Positions 25,946 through 38,749 of a stretch of DNA of 64,000 nucleotides are shown piece by piece. The stretch is from the human T2T-CHM13v2.0 reference genome, Homo sapiens. The DNA lies in assembly GCF_009914755.1 (NCBI RefSeq), contig NC_060928.1; one strand, given 5' to 3'. Under the pieces are notes generated by a model that was given only the letters and a program-made list of their open reading frames with translations, had not been told where the DNA came from and searched no databases. The number at the start of each line of letters is the position of its first letter. The first letter of the stretch is position 1. Both the position numbers and the translations under genes were made by a program.

Positions 25946-27381
25946 GTTTTCAGACATGAAATTCGAACTATTATTATTCACTCCATTGTCCAGTCTCATA
26001 TGAATAAAAATGGTTAAAATATCAGGAAATAAAACACACAGCCAGTAATTTCCATTGTTGTTTTTAATGTCATCAGTTTACCAGGGAAGATAAAATCTCT
26101 AGGGTGGGGACTGATCTTTTTCTGATCGACATCATCTTTGGGTTAAGTCATTGGTGCTTGGAAAAATAGAAATCATAAATATTCATGGCTTAGGGAGCAT
26201 CAGCATTTCCGGGGCAGCCAAGTTCATACAGCACAGCAATAGCTTCCTGATGGAAGGATGGGATCCAACTTCTGCTCCAGTGGGTGGTGAAGCCACCAGA
26301 GTGTGCAAGGCATGGACAGTAGCATTGTTACCCACGTACCTCCTCTACACCCTCCTGTGTGAGGTGTAGACCAGCAGAGGAGACACCAGGCCTTGTATTC
26401 ACAGAGGAAAAGGGAGACTGATTTTATTTCTCATCACTCTCTTCTCCTGTCATGTTGATTCACAAGGTTCTTTTCTGATTTGCTATTTCTTTCAGCCCTG
26501 AGTCCAAAGCTTAAAGCAATTTACATGCAAGTAAGCCAGCTGGATAGGACAGACCTGGCATCACGTACTAGATGCACAATTCTTGAAAATGCACGAATGT
26601 TACCTGAGCCCTGGTTTTCTCATCTGCACTATGGGCATGATAACATCTTCCCAGGTGCTTGGGAGGATTTGGTGAAACAAAATGTGAAAAGGGTCTGGCA
26701 TGTAGGCCACACCCAATAGTCACCAGCGACAGCTGCCATTTTTGGCTGCTTGGCATCTATCTTTCTATTTTGGGAAACATCCCACCTGCCCCATCTCCAT
26801 TCTTAAAAACTAGAGTAAAAACCATACATCCTTCCACTACCCGTTAGCAAGAGTTTGCACAGATAACCTAGGCTGAGCCAATCTGATGCCTCCATTCAGG
26901 ACTGCGAATTGGAAACAAGTTCCGCAAAGACCAGGAGAGTTTGGGAGACATCCAAAGTGGGATGGTGGTGTCTGTAATGGGTGTCTGTAATGGTTAGAAT
27001 TCTTGCTAACAAAATGGTCATCGTCATTTGTGTTCTTGGCCCTGCGCAGGCCCCTCCTTTCCTGCCGCTTTTGAAGTCTGTTTTTTTTTTCTTTTTTAAA
27101 AAAAAGCCTGTTAAGGATTCTGTGTTCCCTTGCTAAACTTCTAATACCTATTTTTCCTTTGAAGATAGCCAATTGTTTTCTGTTACTTGCAGCCAAGAAT
27201 ACTGATAAACACACTCTACGCTCAGTAGTGTTATATACATACCAACTGCACCTCAACTAATGGGGATATTTAATGAATCAAAATTGCCTTTTCTCCACCC
27301 TGTAGTCTGTTTTATTTTGGAAAAATTTTGACCAATGACATAAAGATTTTATTCCACTGTTTTATTTAATTATAACTATTC

Positions 27382-27551
<170 letters not shown>

Positions 27552-30500
27552 TGAGCTACCAACAGGAAAATCTTGGTTTGAGTATCCATTCAGTTGCATT
27601 TCTCTTCTCTTGACAGTAATAACTGTGAGCATTTGCATTTTGCTTGGTATTTTCCAGCATGTTTGGAAATACACTGCTAAGGCTGATACTTAATTCTATG
27701 AGATGAGTATTCTCCTGATTATCCCAATTTTAGAGATGCGGTTCCTGAGCTCCGGTGACTGGCACAGGGTCATGCAGTTTGTGGTGGAGCCAGGACTCAA
27801 GCCCAGGTTTCCTGATGACAAGCCCCAACTCTTCTAGTAATATTATATTTTTAATGACAGCTATGAGACTTTGCAAAACTAAGACCATAGCCTGAAATTT
27901 AATTTAATCAGGGGTGCTCATTCTGCTCAGCAAGCTGGTTCATAGTCAAGGAAAACCATCTACCCAGGAGTGTGTGTCTAAGGCATTGTGGAGATTGTGC
28001 TCAGATAACCTAAGATTGGAGTGTGGATGCCGTCCTTGTCCTACACTGCATGCCTCTTGTCAGTGTAGACAAAATGAATTAGACTGGTGAAATGCTTGCT
28101 AAAACTAATAGTTGACTGATGGCTGCCTCTCCCCTCCCCCAACCATTAACCCTGCCTACGGGAATTTGCTCATGGAGCTACAAATGAGTGACTGGCAGGC
28201 TGGGGAATAAAATGGAGACATCCACAGAACTGGGCATCACTAGGTAATTTTTCTCATCATGACATGACTTGTGACAGGTGCAGGGTGGATGTGTTTTTAT
28301 CTCAGTAATTTCCTGGTGACATTCTGCTCTGCAGAGGGAAAATGCCTGAAGTACACACTGCTGTGGCATGCATACAGGGTTGCTGAACCAGGTTAACTGT
28401 TTCCTAAGATTTCTGTATCAGGGTACCTGCTGTTTGAGTTGATCTGGGAAGAAATCCCTAGCGATGCTCTCGTTAATTCCAGCTAATCATTCTTCAGCAG
28501 GAGTACCGAAGGCAGGCTTGTTCCCTTGGTGGGACTTAGATCTTTAAATGCTTGTGACTTTAAGTACTAATGAGCTAAAGGAAAGCTGCCCTACACAGTT
28601 TAACCTACTGCTTCTTAAATGACAATCCTCGGGGTCTTTCCTTCACATTCAATCTCTGATAAGCTATTTTATAATTTCCTGATGACAGTTAAATTGAGTC
28701 TCCTCATTGGCACAGTTACCCAATTTGCTTCTGACAATTCTGCCTTAAGAAACTTTTGATGAGGACATTGCAAGGTGGCACCTCCAGCAATCCCCATGGT
28801 GGGACATCATGAAAATGAAATAGCTGGTTTTTAAAACAAAAAGGAAAGAAATAGGGGAAATCATTTTTTTTTTAAAGCTTGTCTCTAAATGCAGGGATGG
28901 TTTCCCAGAATTCTATATGGTTAATGAAAAGTCAGACAGCAGATGACATTTACCCTGCTAAATGTTGATGATTAAGAAGGAAAAGGTTATATCCTGCTTT
29001 TTTTTTTTTTTTTTTTCCACTTCTGGAGCTTCTGCACAAGGGGGTCAACTGGAATGTCTGCATAAAAGGAATTGCCTGTTTGCGAACAACCGCAGACCAA
29101 CTCCAGTATTGTTACAATTGCTGTTGATGATGGTAATTACTTTGTGTCCCCCCCTGGGGATTCAGCCTCCCAGTCCCCGATAGCCAGCTCCCTCCTGGAC
29201 ACATGCCAGCAGCCCGTAATTAAAGTGTTTTCTGAAGGGAGCATCTCTGTGTACTACCCATTGTGAATGATGTCCTTGGAGTCTGGCTGTAGTAATTGAA
29301 AAGAAATGAGACCTTTCCAGTTTGTCCCTCTTTCTGCAGCCCCTGCCCCGCCCCTTTCCCAAGACAAAAACACTGTGAAATGCCACACAAGAAGGAAGGA
29401 TTCATTTTTGTGAATTTGAAAGCTGAAGCACAATACACTCCCATCCCCCACCCCGAGGAGCTGATGTTTCAAGTGTAACCTTCCTATTACAATTATTCTT
29501 GCATGATTAAATAGAGACTGTCCTCCTATTATGCTCTTTGTTGATAGATTAAATGTTCCAATGAGACATTAGACTGTGTTGTAATGAAGCATTTCTGGAG
29601 AGTCAAATTGTAAATTAGGTACGTCTTTGAGGATTACCTTCAATGAAATTTGATTATGTGACTGTTAATTCTAAATAAACATTATCAACATTTTCATATA
29701 TATAATCTCATTTGATCTTGATAATAATTTTATAGGGTAGTTAGCACTGGAATTGTAAATCCAGTATTTTAATTCTGAGAAAACTTCAACTCAGAGAAGT
29801 TAAATAGCTTTCTCTAAATCCTCCAGTTAGTAAATGGAAGTGAACCATGAATCCAGATTTCTTGATTTCCAAAGTGGGGTTCTTTTCATGGAATCATAAG
29901 ATAATTTATAAAGACAATGTACAGAATGTATATGTTGATTTTCACAAAATTCTGCAAATGTATCTCCAAATGCTAAGGCAATAATATTGAAAAATTATAA
30001 TGGTTTTCAGAAGAGAGAGGTTTGATTGAGTCGTGCTGTCTTCTACCAGTTGGCCCAAATGCACAGAGTGAGAACAATTATATTACCAAACTCCATTCTC
30101 AACAATGTAATTCATATACAAAACTTGGAAGGAAATTAAAGAGGCTTGTTGGCTTCTGTTCCACAACAAACATGGGAAAAGAGATCTGTGTTTGCTTAAT
30201 GGAAACCTTAATTCAGATTTCTAATTGGGTATAATGAACAAAGGAGAATGTCCCAAATGCTTGAAAACTGTAAACAGTACAGTGTTCTCTTAATGATCAA
30301 ATACTGATTATCTTAGTGAATCTAAATGACATGGGTCTGAGTGCTGCCCGGGAATGCATAATTCCTTTTTTTGTGTTTCCAGTAAACTCTGAGCTGTCTT
30401 GGTCAGGGAGCCTAGGGGTGGGGCACAGCCGGGTGGGTTCTTGCTAGCAGGCTGATAGAATTGCCCGCCATGAGGACAACCACTTTTCAAAGATTTATAA

Positions 30501-30968
30501 TAAAGAAAAACCTGAAATACAACTTTGATTTAAGGATGTTGACTTTTAAAACTTATATAGAGAAAAAATGATAGTTTATGTTTAATGGTCTTCGGAGACT
30601 AAGCCACGAATTTTACAGATGCTGAAGATTGTTTTTGGAACCTATATGAGGGGTTGACCTTAGAGTTTATATTGATTTCTTTTAACTTCTTCAGCAGTTG
30701 CAAATGTTTGTCTAGCTTAATTTTGGGAAAAAAATTAATGCTGTTTGAAATCATATCAGGTTTGGTGAATTAAATAAGGGAGTGATTGAGGGGGCCAAGC
30801 CCACTTGGGGTCAAGATGAAGCATAACAATGTATGAAGAATCATTTTCTTGTGTGCTTTGTTTACTACTCCTGAGGAAAATTCTAGAGGAGACATTGGAA
30901 GTACTTTTGGTGGTGGAAGCATCATTGAAATAATGCCATTAGTAGATTTTTTTTAAATAGTTTTTTTC

Positions 30969-31260
30969 GGCCAGGCACGGTGGCCCACACCTGTAATCCC
31001 AGCACTTTGGGAGGCCGAGATGGGCGGGTCATCTGAGGTCAGGAGTTTGAGACCAGCCTCGCCAACATGATGAAACCCTGTCTCTACTTAAAATACAAAA
31101 AATTAGCTGGGTGTGGTGGTACGCACCTGTAATCCCAGATACTCAGGAGGCTGAGGCAGGAGAATCGCTTGAACCCAGGAAGCGGAGGTTGCAGTGAGCC
31201 GAGATCACGCTATTGCACTCCTGACTGGGGGACAAAAGCGAGACTTCGTCTCAAAAAAAA
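30969..31260 (+). mobile_element. AluS (Sq/Sp-like) with 14-bp TSD
   Basis: Full dimer starting 'ggccaggcacggtggc'; TSD 'aaatagtttttttc' at 30955-30968 and 31259-31272. Confidence 0.96.
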
Positions 31261-31308
31261 ATAGTTTTTTTCTCATTATAAAATTTATATATATACTCAT
31301 ATATATGC

Positions 31309-31309
31309 A

Positions 31310-31347
<38 letters not shown>
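31309..31347. repeat. (TATC)n tetranucleotide microsatellite
   Basis: About 9 perfect ATCT units. Confidence 0.95.
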
Positions 31348-31348
<1 letters not shown>

Positions 31349-31494
31349 ATACATATGTTCATTTTTGGGTAGAAAATTTAGAAAGTGTAGGTATGTGGAA
31401 AGAAGAAAACAATCACCAGGATTGTCAAGTAGCCACTACTCACCTAGTCTGTTCTCATTGTTTTCACAGATATACATATACATGTTAGAGAGGA

Positions 31495-31850
31495 AGTAGA
31501 ATATCGTGTTTATGAGTTTAGGTGGAAGAGTTCAAATCCCAGCTTCACAACTTTCTAGCTTTGTGATTCTAGCCAAATTACTTAAACTCTCTAAACTTCT
31601 GTTTTCTCATCTATAAAATGGAGTTAAGAGTTGTACTAAACTTGCTGGGTTGTTGATCATTAATTTTTATGTATTTATTCATGCATTCAGCAAATGTTTA
31701 TCAAGCACCCACTCTGTACCTGGCTCTGTTTTAATCCTAGGACCAAAACAGGAATAAAAACAGTAGGAGTCCTGAACTCAGTGGATGTACTAGAAAGGGG
31801 ATGTGGACAAAAAACCTTATAAATAAATTGAAACATGTTATTACAGTGCT
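31495..31850. mobile_element. MIR followed by an L2 3' fragment
   Basis: 'gagttcaaatcccagcttc...ttctcatctataaaatgg' and 'cattcagcaaatgtttatcaagcaccc'. Confidence 0.75.
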
Positions 31851-31869
31851 TGCACCAATCCTTGATTAC

Positions 31870-32212
31870 CACTGGCAATGCCAGTAAGGCCGGAAAGTGC
31901 CTGCACATGCAGTGGCTTGCATTACAGGAGAAGAATCATGAGTTTAGGGAATTCTAATCTTTCATAATGGACAGGAAACCCGCCTGACCTTTGTTCTAGA
32001 CAGAGACATTATTATCTTTATTATATAGGACAGCAAATACACCCACCTTTTATTATCTTCTGAGTAGTAAAATATCCTTGTATTTAAGTATAAATACATC
32101 CTTGAAAAGTAGTCCACAAAAAAAGGAAGATAGTGCCTCTGCTTGCAAGATGTGCAGAAATACAAGAGACTCATAGAAAATTGTCCCAAAACACATGTTT
32201 GAAATGAAAAGT
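31870..32212 (-). mobile_element. ERV1-class (MER4-group-like) LTR fragment
   Basis: Reverse complement begins 'tgttttgggacaattttctatgagtctcttgtatttctgcacatcttgcaagcagaggcact', resembling MER-type LTR starts; subfamily not assigned. Confidence 0.7.
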
Positions 32213-32214
32213 TT

Positions 32215-32335
32215 TCGGCCCCATCTAGACCTATGGGGACTGAAACTCTGTGGGTGTGAAACTCTCAGCAATTTGTGTTTTATCAGGCATTGAAGTGATT
32301 TTAATGCAGCTAAAGTTGGAGGTCCACTGCCTGGG
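32215..32335. mobile_element. MER5A-like fragment
   Basis: 'ccccatctagaccta...gtgattttaatgcagctaaagttggaggtccactg'. Confidence 0.6.
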
Positions 32336-33935
32336 GAATGGACTAAGGTCTCACTAAGGAAGTTGGGTAGAAGTGGATGGCAGCTCAGTAGGGATCTCTC
32401 CTGGGGCAGTGTCAGCAGTAGACAGACCAGCATGTGCCTGGGTTCCTGATCACGGTAATGTCACAAGGCACAGAGGGTGTGGGTAGGACTTAGAGAGACA
32501 ATATCAATTTATAAACATGAACTAACCTAGAAATCAAGATACCAGGTTTTAGCCATTACCTTAGCCTTGTGAACTTGAAAAAATAATCCCATTTTAAAGA
32601 CTTACAATATTTTTTAAAAAGTTTGAACAGTCATCTAGTCCTGGGATACCAAATAGGGATTTTTCTCTTTGACAACTCCAATCCCCTGATATGCAGGCTT
32701 TTGAGGGATTTGCAGGTGTCTGCCATGGATGAGGGAGGGATGTGACTATACTCTTACAGTTAACATATTTAATCCATCCAAATGCCTTATTTTTCTTTAG
32801 GACAAGAAAGGACAAGCTGTCTATCATTTGTTAGTTGTTAGTTTTCTGTTCTCCATCTTTTTATCAGGGACCACTTCAGGACCAACTTTCTTTCATAAGT
32901 CTAATTTCTGTTATAACTTTGAACTGTTTGGGTGAGCTATCATTAAGGCTACTAAAAAAGTATAGGACATTTGGATTTTTAGGCTATGATTTTGTATTAT
33001 AATTCAGTCCAGATCAACAAATTTTGAGGCAAAAGTCTTTGTCAGGTTACTTTCTCTGAAGTCTTGCTTGTTCCCAAACCAAATGGATTTCTTAGTGCAT
33101 TTGCAATCAGCAATAACTAGAGAGAGGAAAAATAGGCATTTTGAAATAGTTTCCTGAATATCAGTTCAAAGGTTTGAGCAAGTTGGATATATTATTAATT
33201 GTCACATAAAGTCTTAAAACAGCTTTGGAACTCTTAGAATCTTATCTATTTTTACATTTTTAAATTAAACATTTTTAGTCAGCCAAGCACATCGGACAAA
33301 GTACAATTTTGATTCAAATTGAAGAAATTTCTTTAAGGTGAATCTTTAATTTTAAGTGGGGCTAACACTTCAAGTGAAATTAAACATTAGTAGATAATGA
33401 TTTTGATCTGTTTCCAAGAAAAAATAATTTATAGCAACAGATTTGTTATGGTACTAATTAGTTATTGCACCAGTAATTGCAATATTTAGAAAGATGAGAA
33501 AAAAATACCAAATAGTAGTACAAGTAGTGCAGAGAACAAGAGAGAGGAGTAGATAGGAGAGAGGAAGAAGTATGGAGAGAAAAACGAAAGAGAGAGAGAG
33601 AGAGAGAAAGAGAGAATATTTGAAAAGGAGTTGTCAGCCTCTTCTGCCTTGACTCCACCCTTGCTAAAACTGTGTAATTTCCAAGGGGTGAGAAGCTACT
33701 TTTCAGTTTTAAGCTAATGCTTTCCCAGAAAATGTTTTCTTTGCTCCCTAAATTATTGATTGGGCTATTAAGGGTCTAAAATGAAACTTTAACTCATTGT
33801 TTTAATCTTCCCAGAGTGACCTCCTAGAACATACTGACTGAGTTGCTACACTGCCTAATTGAGAAATGTCTGAGAGCAGAAAGTAAACGCCCATAGACAG
33901 CAGTGGCCTGACCACTCAGCACCTCCTTTTGCACG

Positions 33936-34034
33936 CCTTACCAGAAAAGATACTACAGAATAATTCCCAACCTCCCTATGCCCATGAGGCGTAGGGAGGT
34001 TGGGAATTATTCTGTAGTATCTTTTCTGGTAAGG
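33936..34034. repeat. Near-perfect palindrome: two 43-bp perfect inverted arms with a 13-nt partly paired centre
   Basis: 33936-33978 'ccttaccagaaaagatactacagaataattcccaacctcccta' is the exact reverse complement of 33992-34034. Confidence 0.98.
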
Positions 34035-35124
34035 GGTACAGAGTCCTTGCCATTACAACTTTAGCAGGGTTGGAAATTGTCACTGGCATCTGCTTAGGGG
34101 TCGAGAGCACCTACTTCAACTCATCATCACATCTACTCACTAAGAAACTGGTCCTAGAGGCAGAGGGTACTGAGTTATGAACCTGTCAGCCATGGAAAAG
34201 TTCTGAAAGTATGGGAGGTGGGTGATTTCTGTAGCTGTAAAAAAGACAGTCTTTGATACCAGACTCTAAAATTCCAGATTTAAATCTTTTATTTCCCTCT
34301 TAATGGCAGTAGTCTTGGAAAAGGTAATTAATGTATCTGCTTCTCAATGTTATTGTTTGTAAAACGGAGACGATGATAAAACAGCAGAGCCAGTATGTGG
34401 AGAAGATACAATGTAAATAAAGTGCTTAGTTACTTGCCTGGTAAGCACTTCAACTGATTTAAATGTCATCATTTAAAAAATTATTTACATTGTCATCATT
34501 GTCAGGGACAGGACTGTAAGATCCAGCTATTAGTTCACCACATCAGGAGCAAGTCAAAGGATTTGGGAACAAGGATGTGTAGAGGGGGATAAATTAACCA
34601 AGTCTTGGGGAAAAGATAGGCAGAGTATAGAGACCAGAACATTAAGCTGACATTTAATTATCACCAATACCAGTACGTATCATTTATTGCTAATTTGTCA
34701 GGTGCTACTCTCTTCTATTTTGCTATTGTTTCCAATCCTCATGTCTACTGTATAAAAAAGAAATATCATTTTCCTGTTTTAACTGGTAAGATAAAAGTGC
34801 TCAGAACATTTATGTATCAGTTGAGGACCCAAATTCTCATTCTAAGGACTGTGACTTTCCAGTGCACCCACACTTCAGGTGAATGCTGTCTGGGTCACTA
34901 GAAATGTCTGTGGGTTTGGGTGTCTTTTCTACTTTTTTCCTTCTGTATTTGTAATTATTAGGATTTTTAGCCTCAGAGAAAAATTCAGAGGCATGCTCCT
35001 CACCCATAATCTTCTTATCTTTTTCCTCTCATTTCCCTTTCATTTCCTGGCTCTGATTTTATTTTGCAGTGTTGGTGGATCTTACGGTACCTCTGATTTT
35101 ATTGTGAAGAAAAAATATTGAAGT

Positions 35125-35512
35125 GTGTTAGTTAGATATTGAGTGTAGCAAGTCAACCTCAAACAACCATTTCCTGTTGTTCATAGTCTGTGGGTTGGCT
35201 GGGGATTGGTTTGTCTAGGCTGGGCTTGGCTGCCGGTGGCTCTGCTCCATGTCTCTTATGCTAGAACCATCAGGCCAGCCTAGAGCAAGGGAAAGCACAC
35301 AGGACTTCTTTAGGCCTAAATTCAGCACAGGCACACCTCACTTTCATCTCATTCTGTTGGTTAAAGCAAATCACATGGCTGGGTCAAAAGTAAATGAGCA
35401 AAGAGTGCCCTCACTTATACTGAAGGGCACTACAAAAGTACAGTACGTGGCAAAGGATATGGAAATAGGGAGGGGTGGGGAATTAGAGCCATAGATGCAA
35501 TTTATCACAAAG
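35125..35512 (-). mobile_element. Old MLT1 (J/I-like) LTR
   Basis: 'cattctgttggttaaagcaaatcacatggc', 'ggctgggcttggctg' typical of antisense MLT1. Confidence 0.7.
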
Positions 35513-36009
35513 ATATGTCAACCAAGACATCATTTTGAGACTTACTGTTGCCTGGTGGTTTCTCTTTCTCTATGTGACACTCACTTGCGGGTTAGCTGTC
35601 TTTTGAGTCCTGACAATCATGGGAAGCAGATGTCTCCCTTGGGCATGGTTGACACTGAGTGTTGCTTTTTCCAGTATCTCACTCTGCACTGTCTCCTGGT
35701 GAAACTATAAGCCTTAGGGAAGAAACAGTATCTTCAAACTCTTACATCATAAAGTAGGACATATTTGTGAAGTAACTGATTTTTTTCTTTGACTCTCCAA
35801 ACAATTCCCTTAAAGCACTCTATTTCCTGCAGTAAGTTTAGGGAGAATAAGTTTATCAGTGGGAATATTCATACCATAACCTGGTATTCTTATATTTTAA
35901 CTGGTATTATAACTCTGTAATCCTTTCCTTGGTATTATTGTTCTTACTGAAACTTGGCAAGACACAATGTCTTTTGTTAATGGAAGAATCTTAGGCAAGG
36001 AATATTCTG

Positions 36010-36072
36010 ATTGGGTAATAGCAGGGCTCTGAAATTGAAATTGGGTAATAGCGGGGCTCTGAAATTAAAATT
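36010..36072. repeat. 30-bp tandem duplication
   Basis: 'attgggtaatagc(a/g)gggctctgaaatt(g/a)aa' x2, 2 mismatches. Confidence 0.95.
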
Positions 36073-37224
36073 ACCTCCTGTCCTTGAGCATGAGTCTTGA
36101 TCATTACACAGAGCGGGTGCTCATACCTGATGACACTGATTGACTTAATGAATAAAAGTCACTCTTATTTTTGCTCTGCAAGATTCTATCTTTCCAAGGC
36201 AGGAATCTGAAACAACTTTGTGTTGGGTATAACCATAGGCAATTTCTCTCAAGTTGCTTGCAATCAAATATTGACAGGTTTATGTGAATTGAGATTCTGA
36301 GATCAAGTTTCCAAGGCCAACAAATCACAGACATTGAAGGTAGAGGGAGGAGAATGAACTTTTACAGAATACCCACTATGTGCTACGTACAATGTATTGG
36401 GCTCTCTAGGAATACTTTCTTATAAATTTACATTACATCAAAAGAGATGGATAGCATCATTTTAATTTTAAGAGAAAGAAATTGAGGCTAAGTAACTGTC
36501 CATGGGCACATAGCTCATGAGTTTAAGGTTTAGGCTTAGGTCTTTCAGATTCCAAAGTGTGTATTTTTTCCTAGGCCAAGCTGCCTACAAAAATGAGATG
36601 GTGATATTGTCCAAAGTTGGCTAAATTGAGTAGATCTTTGACTCTTTTCATTGTCTTTAGGGCTTGTAGCACTACCTTTATAATCTCTCTTATAAATCAC
36701 CTCATGTGAAACCTGCTTTTCACAGTCAATAAATAACTGGGTGGTTTTAGACTTGGGTTCTTTGTTAATTATTATGGTTATGTTTAAATCCAAATAAAGC
36801 TTCATGATAAGATAAAGAGGCCAACTGAGTGTGGGTTGACCATTAAAGCTGGAAGCATTGATTTCTGATATAATTATGGGGGAAATAAATTCTTATCAGA
36901 AACTGAGTTAGCAATTGACAGTGTTGTCCCTGTACTAACCCTGTAGCCTTTCTTCTCGAGGAAGCTGACCCTCTGGGAGCATGTTAGACCCATTCACAGA
37001 GATTTTATTTCAGAGTTGATCATTGCCTTTTCCATTTCAGAGCCTCATCCAACAGTTTACTAAATGGTATCCCCACCATGGCCTCAAAGAGCTCTGTCTC
37101 CTTCTGTGAGCCTTCTTCTCTTTCCCAGGAAATTGCTTCAGTCCTGGTGGAATACTGCAAACTGTAAAAGCTCCTCAACTTCCTGTGTTCTAAAAGGTAT
37201 TCACTAACAATCCAAAATTAAGGG

Positions 37225-37470
37225 GCGGCACAGTGGAATGGTAGAAAAACACGGAGCAAGGCAGACCTGGGTTTGAATTTTGGGTCCTCTGCTTAGTAGC
37301 TGTGTGGACATGGGTTAGTTAGTTAACCTCTCTGGTAATCAGTTTCCAGATTTGGATAGCTCTCTAGAAAAGAGGGTGACAAAATCTACCTCAGAGGTTT
37401 GTTGTGGATATTGAATGAGGTAAAGTATGTAGAAAATCTTCAGTGCAATAATACAATTATAATCTATTGA
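37225..37470 (+). mobile_element. MIR, near full length
   Basis: 'cagacctgggtttgaattttgggtcctctgcttagtagctgtgtg...ctacctcagaggtttgttgtg'. Confidence 0.8.
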
Positions 37471-38749
37471 TGTAGGCCTGCCATGAATGACTACAGGCCG
37501 CACACTGCTTGACTCTAGGGGGTGACATTCACAATGTGCTCAGTGCTATGCCATGAATAATCTTTATAACCATAGTCATCCTACTGACAAATTTACCCTA
37601 CTGCCCAGTGCAAAGAAAGCATATATATAAAAAAGCAGTCATTATCATTATTATTATCCCTCCAGTGAGATTTGCGTACTGGTTACTCACCCTTGTTTTT
37701 TCTTTTTAAGTTATTTACTCTGTTAGGCAATCTACCTAACTAGAGTTCATTTTCATCCAAACTGAACAGTTTCTGCAATAGCCTACGACCATTTTGGACA
37801 CAGCAACCTACAGGCAAGTTCTCATCTGGACTCCTGGATATTTTCCCCAATCCTGGACCTAGAAATTAGCCTTTTCATTTGCTTAGGAAATGGAATCAAA
37901 GGTCATGGATGAAACGCATGAACAGGGTTTAGGAGACGGGGAACCTGCTCTTGGGGATGAGGATGAAAGCTGCAGACTATCAAACTTGAACTTGAAAATT
38001 GTGGTGATCTTCTTGAACATCTGTTTCCTAATCACAGAAGCACAAAAACGTATTTAAAATTATGGCAAAAAGACTTCAAGGATCAATAGAACTTCTCACT
38101 AGAGAATTTGGCACTTCTTTGGAGAATATCCGTAATAGCTACAATCTATAATTTAATTGTCAAGCATTAATATGAATTTATGAATGCTGAACTTTAGGTG
38201 CAACCAAATCCCATTTTTAACAGCAAGAGAATCATTTTGTGGACCTTAAATTGCATTGATTTTAAATAACTTGGAACCACACCTGCATTTTTAATGTGCC
38301 GCTTTGCTCTCACTGTATAGGGTGATTCTTACCCAAACTGGTAGATGCGCTGTTTGCTCCATCCCTTTAGAAGTACATCAGGGGAAAGAAAAGGGAAGAG
38401 AAAACTAGGAAATTACACCCATTCAGAAATCATGAAGAGGCTGGGCTTTTGTCCTTCATATGTGATTTTTTTTGAAACATGATTTTTGAAATGATTTAAA
38501 ACGTAAGTTGTTGTAGGTTTGAATTATACAGCTCAAGTGAAGGGGTGTAGGATGTATGTGGAGGGTAAGGGATGAAGGTTGGAAAAATTACTGTTTGTGA
38601 GGTCCAAGCTGTTCATGTATTTGTTTAATTCTCATAACACTTCTGTAAAACTAGGGTTATTGTTTCCATTTAACAAGGAGAAAAGCCAGGCTCTAAGAAG
38701 AAAATTAATCTGCCGAAAGTCATAGCTTTGTTCTCTTCAGAATAAAACC

